Below are positions 23,389 through 32,000 of a stretch of 32,000 bases of DNA, piece by piece (within the stretch, counting starts at the first letter, position 1; the number at the start of each line of letters is the position of its first letter). Origin of the DNA: Microcystis aeruginosa NIES-2549 (GTDB lineage Bacteria > Cyanobacteriota > Cyanobacteriia > Cyanobacteriales > Microcystaceae). The notes below the pieces were generated by a model. That model saw only the letters and a list, made by a program, of their open reading frames with translations, was not told the DNA's origin and ran no database searches. The DNA is taken from NCBI RefSeq assembly GCF_000981785.2, contig NZ_CP011304.1:4140001-4172000 (forward strand), given 5' to 3'. Position numbers and translations under genes: made by a program.

Positions 23389-24127
23389 TCAAAAAACTCC
23401 GGACGAGGTAACTTTGGTGTTAGATAAAGTCAAAAAAAAGCTCCCGGGTAATTATTTACTGCTGTTGGGTTTGCTGCTGCTGTTGATTTTAGGCGGTATC
23501 TTGCCCAATTTAATTTCTGGCCATTGGTCTTGGCTGGAGCAACCGAGAATCGGTAATATTCAGAAAATGCGGCTCCTACAAGCATCGGGAATTGAGTTGT
23601 CTGACCTGAAAACCATCAACCAGCAGCAAGGAGAAATCGGTGAGGGAAAATGGTCGGTACAAGTGGTGGAAAGTCCTGATGGCAAGAGAATCACCGTACT
23701 TTTAAAGCCACAGATCTACTATAAAAACCAACCAGGATTAGAATGGTCAGATATCAGTTCGATTAGTCGTTGGAATCAGGGGGAAACAATCGAGCTATCA
23801 ATTCCCAGCCAGTCGGGAGGAAAGGCGACGGCTCGATTCTATCGGGCTTGGACACAAAACACCTTTGCCGTGGTGCAGTGGTATGCTTGGCTAGGTGGTG
23901 GTCATTACGATCCCTCTGTTTGGTATTGGCTTGACCAATGGGCGCAATTAAAAAGACAGAGAGTACCCTGGATAGCCGTTTCCTTGGTGATTCCCTTAGA
24001 CCCGACGAAAGAACTGCAAACTCTCACTCCCTTTGCTCTCAATCTCGCCGGGGAAGTGCAAAGTTACTTAGAACAAAATGTCTTAAGTCAATTAACTTCT
24101 CTCCCTCGGATCAAAAAAGAAAAGTAA
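23381..24127 (+). CDS. Cyanoexosortase A system-associated protein (single-pass membrane protein)
   Basis: Its ATG lies inside the last codons of crtA (an 8-nt overlap). It has an N-terminal TM helix LLLLGLLLLLILGGILP. The family name is from memory and the call rests on context. Confidence 0.5.
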   Translation: MISQKTPDEVTLVLDKVKKKLPGNYLLLLGLLLLLILGGILPNLISGHWSWLEQPRIGNIQKMRLLQASGIELSDLKTINQQQGEIGEGKWSVQVVESPDGKRITVLLKPQIYYKNQPGLEWSDISSISRWNQGETIELSIPSQSGGKATARFYRAWTQNTFAVVQWYAWLGGGHYDPSVWYWLDQWAQLKRQRVPWIAVSLVIPLDPTKELQTLTPFALNLAGEVQSYLEQNVLSQLTSLPRIKKEK

Positions 24128-24258
24128 TTTTTCTGCCGCTAACCATCTCTTTGAAAAAACTAGCTCAAGGCACTTTTGTAGCCATTAATAGCTGCTTTGT
24201 TCCTTAAATCCCAGAAAATAAATTATCATCGTCAGAACCCAAAAATTGATAGATCTGT

Positions 24259-25485
24259 ATGATTCCACCAATGCTCAACAAGTTTTCGCCAGTTAGTTTC
24301 TTCAGAACTGGGGTTATAGCCTTATCAGGGTTGAGTCTGACAGGGTTCTTATGGGTAATTCACTCCGAGAGCCTCAAGGCCCAGGGTCCTTTGTCCATAC
24401 CCCAGACTCAACCGGGAGCCTGGTTGGAATTTTTGCCCCCCGAACCGCCTAATCCCACCTTTCCTGAAAACACGATTCCCCCCACTGGCTACAGTCCACC
24501 GGTTTACTCTCCCAATAATCGCCAATCCCGACAAATTCAGGCCTATCGACTCGATATCGGCGATCAAATCAGTGTCTCGGTTCCCGATTTTCCCGAATTT
24601 AATTCCGCAGGTCCTGTGGATCCGGATGGTAATTTTCTGGTGCCGATTTTAGGGCGTATTCCGGTGCTGGGCTTGACTTTAGACGAAGTGCAAACTAAGA
24701 TCCGCCTCGAATTGGGGCGAAAATACTTGCGGGAGGAACCGGAAGTCATTGCTGTTTTAACCACTGCCCGTCCCGTCCAGTTGACCATTCTGGGAGAGGT
24801 ACAGCGACCGGGGTTTTATAGTGTTGCTTCCAATACTTCCCTAGCACAGGTAATTTTGGCGGCGGGTGGTGGCACTCCCAGAGCCGATCTGCGTTCGATC
24901 CTTGTCCGTCGAGTTTTAGTCGATGGTACAGTATTAGAGGAGAAACTTGACCTTTATACTCCCTTAATTAAAGGCGAACGCTTGCCAGATCTGCGTCTGC
25001 AAGGGGGTGATGCCGTGATTGTTTCCAAGTTAGAAGTGGGCCAAGAAACGGGATATAATCGCACACTAGTGGCTAGAACCACCCTCGCCCAGCAGAATAT
25101 CACCATCAGGGTTTTAGCTCCCTCAATTCCTTCGGGAATTGCCCTGAGAAATGTTTCGATTCCTAATGGCAGTACCTTCCTCGATGTGGTGGCCAGTTTA
25201 CCGGTTTCCGATCGCCTGCGGATTAATGTCAATGAAGTGTCTCTGCTCCGTTTTGACAGTGCTAAAGGGGGAATTGTTAGTCAAACTTTGAGTCCGATAG
25301 CGGCAGTTAGGGGAGATATCTCCCAAAATGTTCCCCTAGAAGATCAAGACGTAATTATTGTCACCCGCACCCTATTAGGGAAAATTTTCGCCGCTTTTAA
25401 TATTATTACCCAACCTATCCGGGATATTTCCAGTTTTACCAATACAATTCTCAACCTGAGCAATCAATTCGATGGCTCCCGATAA
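24259..25485 (+). CDS. Polysaccharide export protein (Wza-like; Poly_export + SLBB domains)
   Basis: YRLDIGDQISVSV...VDPDGNFLVPILGRIPVLGLTLDEVQTKI...GEVQRPGFY. Confidence 0.8.
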   Translation: MIPPMLNKFSPVSFFRTGVIALSGLSLTGFLWVIHSESLKAQGPLSIPQTQPGAWLEFLPPEPPNPTFPENTIPPTGYSPPVYSPNNRQSRQIQAYRLDIGDQISVSVPDFPEFNSAGPVDPDGNFLVPILGRIPVLGLTLDEVQTKIRLELGRKYLREEPEVIAVLTTARPVQLTILGEVQRPGFYSVASNTSLAQVILAAGGGTPRADLRSILVRRVLVDGTVLEEKLDLYTPLIKGERLPDLRLQGGDAVIVSKLEVGQETGYNRTLVARTTLAQQNITIRVLAPSIPSGIALRNVSIPNGSTFLDVVASLPVSDRLRINVNEVSLLRFDSAKGGIVSQTLSPIAAVRGDISQNVPLEDQDVIIVTRTLLGKIFAAFNIITQPIRDISSFTNTILNLSNQFDGSR

Positions 25486-25602
25486 TTGACGAGCAACCGG
25501 CTCCCCTCACTCCTTAACACAACTTCATCAGCTAGGATTTCAAGGCCGAGAATAACTCTTGACCGCTAGAATGTAAAAAATCTGGGGATATATTAAAAAG
25601 CT

Positions 25603-27825
25603 ATGGCTGTACCAATTGTTAAACGATTTCTCATCTCGCTAGATCAGAACAAATTTGTCGGAATATTCGTCTTCCTCGTCTGTTTAGGCGGTTCTGCGAT
25701 CTTTGCTCTCCTCCCCGATCCAGAGAAACCCCCCACCTTTTATCGGGCGGTGGGACAATTGGCCTATCGGGTGCCGCCGCCGGCTTTTACCAGTACGGGA
25801 AGCCAACTGCAAGAACAAGGGCGGGCTATCGATCGCGATTTACTGCTATCTCCCCGGGTATTGGTCAATACAGCCAAAAAATTGCAATTTAATCAAGAAC
25901 AGATCGTTAAAATTCGCGATCAAGATTTAAAAATTACCTTCCCTGGTGAAGGGGAGGCACAAAACAATAATAACAATCGGCCGACAACAACCGACCAACC
26001 CCAAGAGATACTTTTAGAGTTAACGGCCGATTCCCGGGCCAAGGCGGAGTTAATTCTCGAAACCTTGATGAAGGAAATGGTGGAATACAGTCGCTGGCTT
26101 AATACTTCCCAGTTACGCGCCCGCATAGAAGCTCTTGGTGTCCGGCTTAACGAAGTCCAAAAAGATTTAACCAGAGCCGAAGAAAAGTTTTATCGCTACA
26201 TTAGTACCCAGGGTTCGGATTTACTGGCCATTCAAGATGGGAGTTTATTCACCGCCATCACCAGTAGTCAACAGCAACAGCGAGAAATTCGCCTAGAACT
26301 GCAAGGCATTCAAGGACAAATTGATAGTCTAAGTGAACAACTCGATTTAACCCCCGATCAAGCCTACACCTCCTCAGCCCTTAGTGCCGACCCGATTATT
26401 GCCAGTATCCGAGCGCAGATCTTGGGCACGGAAGCCCAATTGGAGCGACTAGAGAAGGATTTACGTCCCGAACATCCCACCGTAGTTAAATTACGCAAAG
26501 AACAGCAGGTTAACGAATCTCTCTTACAAAAAAGAGCCGCCGAGGTGATCGGAAAAGATGGCGTTCTTACCGCTCTTCCCAGCAGTCGCATCCGTCAGCA
26601 AAGTAATCTCGATGCCACCCGTCAACAACTAGCGGCTCAATTAGTCACCCTGCAAACCCAGCGTCAGGGTTTAATGAAACAATTAGAATCCTTAGTGATT
26701 CAGGAAAAGCAATTACGCTCCCAATACGAGAAATTCCCCGATAAACAGCTACAGCAAGCTCGTTTAACCCAAGCCGTCGCCTTTCAACGGGGTATCTACG
26801 AGAATATTCTCAATTCTCTGGTAGATGCTCAGGCCGCAGAAGCGGAAACCGTGGGTAGTCTCACCGTCGCCCAACCGCCAGTTGCTGAACCGATCGAACA
26901 GGTGTTTAACCGCAAGAATCGTCTCTTGATTCTCTTGGCGGGTGCTGGTTTGGGAACCTTAGCAGGATTGGGTACAATCCTGCTGTTAGCAGTGATCGAC
27001 GATCGCCTGCACAGTCCCCAAGAATTGCGGGAAGCTTTGGTTAGTCGAGATATCCTCCTCTTGGGACAGTTGCCCATTGTCCGCAATTTAGAGGGCGATG
27101 AAATCGATCCGATTCTCGCCGATGCTAATGCCAATTATCTCCCCTACTACGAACGTTTACGCAGTACCCTGCGACTTGTTGGCGGCGGCGAAACGGTGAA
27201 AGTGGTTGTTGTCACCAGCATTACTGGCGGAGAGGGGAAAACCGCCACTGCCTATAATCTGGCCATCGCTGCGGCTTTAGCGGGGCGACGGACTCTGTTA
27301 GTAGAAGGAGATCTGAGAAGTCTTTCCAAAGCTGAAAAAATCGGAGTCATTCCCGATCCTAATTCTTTCCGAGAACCCCTACTTTACTACGGGGCAAAAA
27401 GTAAATCGGTCCGTCTGGCCCCAAATATTGAAAACCTTTCCATTTTGCCTAGTCCCGGTCCGCAAAAACAAGCGGCAGCTATCATTGAATCGAGCGAATT
27501 ACAATTAATTCTCAAAGATTCTCGCGGCCGTTTCGATCTGGTGATTGTCGATACTCCTTCTCTGTCTAGCTGTAATGATGCACTGCTCTTAGAAGAACTA
27601 GCGGATGGGATTATTCTGGTAACGCGCCAGGCGATCACTCGTTCTAGTCTCTTGAGTGAAGCAACTGATCAGTTAGCAGAAGCGGAGGTGAAAATTTTAG
27701 GGGCGGTGATTAACTACGTCGATATTACAATGACTCTCAACACCGCCGAACCAGAACTGCCAGCTTTGATAGTTCCCTCAACACAGGGACAAACAGAGGT
27801 GGAGGAAGTGAAAGTGGAGGTGTAA
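25603..27825 (+). CDS. Wzc/GumC-type chain-length determinant fused to a BY-kinase P-loop domain
   Basis: N-terminal TM helix, long periplasmic coiled coil, second TM helix (LLILLAGAGLGTLAGLGTILLLAV), then VVVVTSITGGEGKTATAYNLA...LLVEGDLR...VIVDTP. Confidence 0.85.
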   Translation: MAVPIVKRFLISLDQNKFVGIFVFLVCLGGSAIFALLPDPEKPPTFYRAVGQLAYRVPPPAFTSTGSQLQEQGRAIDRDLLLSPRVLVNTAKKLQFNQEQIVKIRDQDLKITFPGEGEAQNNNNNRPTTTDQPQEILLELTADSRAKAELILETLMKEMVEYSRWLNTSQLRARIEALGVRLNEVQKDLTRAEEKFYRYISTQGSDLLAIQDGSLFTAITSSQQQQREIRLELQGIQGQIDSLSEQLDLTPDQAYTSSALSADPIIASIRAQILGTEAQLERLEKDLRPEHPTVVKLRKEQQVNESLLQKRAAEVIGKDGVLTALPSSRIRQQSNLDATRQQLAAQLVTLQTQRQGLMKQLESLVIQEKQLRSQYEKFPDKQLQQARLTQAVAFQRGIYENILNSLVDAQAAEAETVGSLTVAQPPVAEPIEQVFNRKNRLLILLAGAGLGTLAGLGTILLLAVIDDRLHSPQELREALVSRDILLLGQLPIVRNLEGDEIDPILADANANYLPYYERLRSTLRLVGGGETVKVVVVTSITGGEGKTATAYNLAIAAALAGRRTLLVEGDLRSLSKAEKIGVIPDPNSFREPLLYYGAKSKSVRLAPNIENLSILPSPGPQKQAAAIIESSELQLILKDSRGRFDLVIVDTPSLSSCNDALLLEELADGIILVTRQAITRSSLLSEATDQLAEAEVKILGAVINYVDITMTLNTAEPELPALIVPSTQGQTEVEEVKVEV

Positions 27826-27831
27826 ATGGGG

Positions 27832-29280
27832 TTAGATTTGACAAAATCTTCTGGCTCGATCGAATTGTGGTTCTTGCCAAGAAAAAGCAAAATGACTGAT
27901 ACCATCTATTGTGGGAAAAGCGATCCGAATCGCTTCCATTTGCACTTCTAAGGAGGGACGATTGTTATAGGGTTGTCCCCATAAACCCGCTAAAGCTGGG
28001 ATAAGACGATTTTGATTTCCCCTGCTTGCCACTACTCTTTTGATCTGATTAACTACACAGGTGGTATCGTTACAATTAGCGTAGGACATGGGATGCCATT
28101 CTAGGGAAGCGGGAAAACTATCCCAAGCTTGTAAACGAGAATCAAAACCTTGATTACCCACAAGACGATTCCCATCAGGAAAAAACACTGCCCCAGCGGG
28201 AATTCCCTGACGTTCCACTAGGGCGGAAAAATAACTAATATAATCAATGACACCCTGGGCAGCATGGGCAACCGCTAGGAACCAAAGTTCTAATTTGAGG
28301 CGATCAAAACGGGTTTTAACTGATTGTTTCATCTCCTCCTCTAAAGGTATTCTTCCTTGCCAAAGAGGGGCGGTTTCTTGGGGATAAAGGAGGTCGGCTT
28401 CGACGATATCATCGGGGGAAATTTGCCCACGAGTCAGATAGCGATCGATTAAAAATTTGCCCTTATTATTCAATGCTCGATTAATGAAAGCTTGTCGGGA
28501 TGCGGGACTAAAAATCCATAAATCTTTGACATCATCGGCAACGGAATCGACTCCTGTTCCCCTCGGATAGCGAATATAATCGAATAAAACTCCATCGGGA
28601 CGACGTTGTAAAATGGCTTCTAGGAGAATTAAATAATCCTGTCGCGCTTGATTACTGTAGGGATCGACAAAAGTTTGGGATTGATCATCGACAAAAGAGG
28701 TGCTATCTTGTCCTTTACCATTGCGTGCTAACACCTCCTGTCGATCGGGTTTTAAACTATAAGCATAGCCAAAATTGAGGCTAAATAACCAAGCATAAAC
28801 CTTTAAACCGCGTTTATGTCCCTGTTTGATCGCCTGTGCTAATAAATCGACATTTCCGGCACTGGGATTTTTAATGACGCTATCCCAAACGGTGGGATTA
28901 TTGTTAGGAGGTAATAGGACTTGACCATCGGCAAAAACTTCCAGATAAACTGTATTATAACCTTTGGCCACGATGCGATCGAGGATACTTTCGATCGAGC
29001 CTGGACGGGTATCACAGGAGTAGAGACGTAACCAGATCGCCTGTTCCTGTAACCAATGTCGGGAACGACAAAAGCGCAATTGTTCAGCATATTTCTGTAC
29101 TAAAATGTTATATTCTTGGGGGGAAGTTTGACGCAGATTTTCTTGTTGTTTGATTTCTGATTCGGACAGTTGACAATTATCATTGACAGCGAGGCTAGAG
29201 TTAATCCCTAGATGACTACTCCAGAGGATTGTAGCGAGGAAACAGGATAGAGATCGCAGACAATTAATTTTTTTTAACAT
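27832..29280 (-). CDS. Secreted glycoside-hydrolase-like family 10 (DUF187/YngK-like) protein
   Basis: A signal peptide, then GYNTVYLEVFADGQVLLP...GLKVYAWL...FVDPY...DGVLFDYIRYP, consistent with the GHL10 TIM-barrel pattern. Confidence 0.65.
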   Translation of the reverse strand: MLKKINCLRSLSCFLATILWSSHLGINSSLAVNDNCQLSESEIKQQENLRQTSPQEYNILVQKYAEQLRFCRSRHWLQEQAIWLRLYSCDTRPGSIESILDRIVAKGYNTVYLEVFADGQVLLPPNNNPTVWDSVIKNPSAGNVDLLAQAIKQGHKRGLKVYAWLFSLNFGYAYSLKPDRQEVLARNGKGQDSTSFVDDQSQTFVDPYSNQARQDYLILLEAILQRRPDGVLFDYIRYPRGTGVDSVADDVKDLWIFSPASRQAFINRALNNKGKFLIDRYLTRGQISPDDIVEADLLYPQETAPLWQGRIPLEEEMKQSVKTRFDRLKLELWFLAVAHAAQGVIDYISYFSALVERQGIPAGAVFFPDGNRLVGNQGFDSRLQAWDSFPASLEWHPMSYANCNDTTCVVNQIKRVVASRGNQNRLIPALAGLWGQPYNNRPSLEVQMEAIRIAFPTIDGISHFAFSWQEPQFDRARRFCQI

Positions 29281-30202
29281 AGTTGTTCACAGCGTTTGCT
29301 ATTTTTTTATTGTTGGCATTTTCAGATAAATAGCCATTTTTCAGGAGAAAAGCGCTCAGGGCAGTGGGAAAGTCTGGATATTTGCCGATCGCCGTACTTT
29401 CGCCATGGATATCGAGACCCCAATCGGAGTTTTTATCGTAATTAGCGAGGAGAAATTGCCAAGCTTCTTCGTATTCTCCTAGTAGAATTTTTTGGGCTAC
29501 ATAACCGGCCAAAATGCCATTAACTTCGGCCTTTTCTTTTTTAGCTAACTGCAAGGCTTTCAACATTTCAGCTAAAGTTTTTATTAATTTTTGAGGATAT
29601 TTTCTGGTGACATCTGCTAATTTACCCTGTTGAAAAGTATAAATTCTGGAGGGAGGAAAAGAGGCGGCGTAGGAACTAAAAGCATACAAAAAAGCATTAT
29701 CAACGGTGACAAATTCGTAATTATTATCTCCATCTAAATCTTCAAAGGAACCTCCACTACCATCTAAAAACCCCGTTTCTTCTCTAATAAATTTATCTTT
29801 TTGCCAAGTATAAATTACCAAAGATGTGCAGCAGTGAGCGCCGCCGCTATAGGTAGAGACGATAATCTCATCGATGCCATTATTATCTAAATCTCTTAAT
29901 TCAACATAGCCAGATCCAAAGGCACTATAACCACTATTTTGCTGATAAATTTGCTCGTTATAAAAGATTTGATAAGAAACATTATTAATATCAGAATTAT
30001 CATCAACTCTCTCGTTTAGTTCGATGGGTTGATAGCTAACTTGTACCTTAATTTTCCCCGATCTAACCACTTGATTTGTGAGGGTTTGACTGGCATCAAA
30101 ATCGAGTTTAGTCACGGCTAAACTCGCGGCTGCATTGCCCAAGAATTGAGATAATAAGCAGAAAATAAAGCAAGTTTTGCTAATATTCATCGGCCGATTC
30201 AC
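29264..30202 (-). CDS. Secreted hypothetical protein with FG-GAP/VCBS-like DxDxDG motifs
   Basis: A signal peptide plus DLDNNGIDEIIV and DLDGDNNYEFV. Its 3' end overlaps the next gene's start by 17 nt. Confidence 0.5.
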   Translation of the reverse strand: MNRPMNISKTCFIFCLLSQFLGNAAASLAVTKLDFDASQTLTNQVVRSGKIKVQVSYQPIELNERVDDNSDINNVSYQIFYNEQIYQQNSGYSAFGSGYVELRDLDNNGIDEIIVSTYSGGAHCCTSLVIYTWQKDKFIREETGFLDGSGGSFEDLDGDNNYEFVTVDNAFLYAFSSYAASFPPSRIYTFQQGKLADVTRKYPQKLIKTLAEMLKALQLAKKEKAEVNGILAGYVAQKILLGEYEEAWQFLLANYDKNSDWGLDIHGESTAIGKYPDFPTALSAFLLKNGYLSENANNKKIANAVNNYVKKN

Positions 30203-30274
30203 AGAGAGATTAATTTCAGTGTATCTTACTTATTCCTCCCGACAATCAGCCGTGAACTTTCCGAGAAAAACTAT

Positions 30275-31639
30275 CTATTCCAAGGTTTTAACGCTCAAAA
30301 CTTGGGGGGGTGTGGCATCGGGGGGATAGAGAAAATCGAGATTAATGTCGCGTCTGGCTCCGGGGGGAAGTTCCACCTGTACTAAAGCTTCTCCCTGTTG
30401 TCCTTCCCGTTGAACGAGATGGAAAAAACGTTCCTCGGTGCGTCCCAGGGCGTTACGATAGGTAACGCGCACGGCCCCCCGGAAAAATACCGGTCCCTGG
30501 ACGGGTTCAACAAATAACAAGCGATCGAGATAATTTTCTTCTTTAATTGGGGTTTGAATACTCAAAGCCACCACCTGGGTTTTGCTAGTGTTGTTATATA
30601 GAGGTAAAGTCAGATAGTAGTGAACACCGTAGTTACCGTGAGCTTTGAAAGCCGTATCGGGATAACGCACTAACATGGGGGCGCTTTGGATTTGTCTGGT
30701 TCCGAAAGTAGCTGCCGTCACCGTACTTAAAGGATAGGCAAAAGCTTGACCGGGTTGAGGAATGGTGAGATTAATTCCCCCTTTAGGATCGACAATGCGG
30801 GTTGCCCATTCCGAACCGACAGAAATTCCGGCGACGCGACCATAAAAATTTCTTCTTCCGGGGGACCATTGATCGGGGGGAGTGGGGGGAAAATCGCGAG
30901 GGGCGGCTAAATCACCTTTAACTAATAGGGTACGCCATTCTTCTAGGGTAGGGGGACGAAAGGTTTCTATTTCCCGATCTTCGATTTTGACTTTTTGGGG
31001 AACTTCGTAGAGGGCTAAATTGGCCATATAGACCGGTCCATCGCTGTAGAGACGTAGGAGGGTCGAGCGGGCGCTACTTCTGGGGATAACCAGATCGAAG
31101 AGCATCCGACTTTGGCCGGGGGGAATGACGATCTGGGTGGGAAATTGGGTATCATGGCGACGACGCATGATATCGCTGGCTAAACGGGAACCGGGACCAG
31201 AAAAAACCCGGCCGTTGGGATCTTCCACCAGAGAGGGTAAATCGACAAAAGGGGCATCAGCGGAGGTGACGTAACTGACTCCTTGCAGGATGCGGATAAC
31301 GAGGTTTCTGGAGGTGGGATTAGTAACGATCAGGCCCTGGTGTAAGTCGCGATCGGGATCGGTTTGACGGGCGATGTGGTGGGTGAAAACGTCAAAACGT
31401 CCTTGTAGGGGATGATTGAGATGGGCTACGGGATAACGTTTTCCTTTGCCGGGGAAAGTGGAGAGGAGAATTCCCTCTTTTTCTACGACTTCGGGACTAT
31501 TGCTATTAAAAACCAGCACATCATTCAGTTGACCGGGCAACTGACGCACTTCTTGATATTGGGTGACTAATTTCCTCTCTATCTGGGGCAAGACCGAGGC
31601 GGACTGAGCTAAAAGAATAGTGGGTAAGAAAGAAAGCAT
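30275..31639 (-). CDS. Conserved cyanobacterial secreted protein (possibly DUF3370 family)
   Basis: A 454 aa protein with an N-terminal signal-like segment and no recognisable catalytic motif. The family name is from memory only. Confidence 0.5.
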   Translation of the reverse strand: MLSFLPTILLAQSASVLPQIERKLVTQYQEVRQLPGQLNDVLVFNSNSPEVVEKEGILLSTFPGKGKRYPVAHLNHPLQGRFDVFTHHIARQTDPDRDLHQGLIVTNPTSRNLVIRILQGVSYVTSADAPFVDLPSLVEDPNGRVFSGPGSRLASDIMRRRHDTQFPTQIVIPPGQSRMLFDLVIPRSSARSTLLRLYSDGPVYMANLALYEVPQKVKIEDREIETFRPPTLEEWRTLLVKGDLAAPRDFPPTPPDQWSPGRRNFYGRVAGISVGSEWATRIVDPKGGINLTIPQPGQAFAYPLSTVTAATFGTRQIQSAPMLVRYPDTAFKAHGNYGVHYYLTLPLYNNTSKTQVVALSIQTPIKEENYLDRLLFVEPVQGPVFFRGAVRVTYRNALGRTEERFFHLVQREGQQGEALVQVELPPGARRDINLDFLYPPDATPPQVLSVKTLE

Positions 31640-31886
31640 AGAGATTCTATATTTATAGGATCTAATTAAGGGTGAGTCGATGGAGAGATGAAGTTATACA
31701 ACAATATAAGCGAGTGTGTCCGTGCGATCGATAAAGAATCTTAATATATTTTTCAGGTTTGAGCAAGCCATGTCAGGGGTGATGTGAGCTAGGGGCGGTT
31801 TTCTGGGTGAGCAAGGGAGAATACCCCTTGCTATTGCCGATGTTAACGGTTAAGTTGAGAATGACCCATAACTGCTCACCCTAGCT

Positions 31887-32000
31887 TTAAATTTCGCCGC
31901 GAATTTCTTCGACTATGCCATCTCTAAGGACGAGTTCTACATTCATTTTTGCTACTAAGTTATCGCCTTTTTCGACGCGGAAAAAGCTTTCTAATTGTGC
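31887..32000 (-). CDS. 3' end of an unidentified gene running off the window
   Basis: An open minus-strand frame: ...AQLESFFRVEKGDNLVAKMNVELVLRDGIVEEIRGEI*, with the stop at 31887-31889. Only 37 codons are visible. Confidence 0.3.
   Translation of the reverse strand, partial: AQLESFFRVEKGDNLVAKMNVELVLRDGIVEEIRGEI

Noticed and set aside
31805-31881. 77-nt element with a 7-8 bp terminal stem (gggtgagc/gctcaccc) and an internal 7-bp hairpin (gcaaggg/cccttgc), tRNA-like in size
   Set aside because: On neither strand can a D-arm, a 5-bp anticodon stem or a TTC-type T-loop be drawn, so it is not a tRNA. It may be an intergenic structured element or a 3'-UTR hairpin, but I cannot support a specific call.

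Overview
This is a cyanobacterial chromosomal window, most likely Microcystis-like. That assignment is an inference from three things: many HIP1 GCGATCGC palindromes, heptanucleotide STRR-type arrays such as (CAGTTAT)n, and gene content (furA flanked by dnaJ and sufE, cyanobacterial rpoZ, a psbA remnant, cyanoexosortase A). From left to right the window holds: (1) the tail of a dnd DNA-phosphorothioation operon (dndD 3' end, a repeat-filled spacer, dndE); (2) a SagB-type nitroreductase, flotillin, a cupin and cobU; (3) two closely related TnpB-only IS200/IS605-family elements in inverted orientation (5420-6746 and 16691-18067) bracketing about 10 kb; (4) sufE / furA / dnaJ-TPR, mobA, and a DegT + cyanoexosortase A + Wza/Wzc EPS locus; (5) a three-gene secreted-protein operon. 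The bracketed 10 kb contains a decayed SAM-methyltransferase, leuD, a 58-codon ORF absent from the ORF track followed by an orphan DndD-paralogous coiled-coil ATPase, a FUSC membrane protein, a beta-propeller protein, a compound microsatellite block, a psbA 3' fragment, rpoZ, and a Uma2 + PD-(D/E)xK nuclease-like gene pair. The best candidate for an undescribed system is the small ORF plus orphan DndD-like SMC/Rad50-fold ATPase (7982-10303). It is AT-rich, lies outside any dnd operon and has no recognisable effector partner. Secondary leads are the IS junctions and decay features, the psbA remnant, the microsatellites placed at gene boundaries, and the repeat-bearing nuclease pair. All family assignments come from reading motifs by eye; no searches were run.
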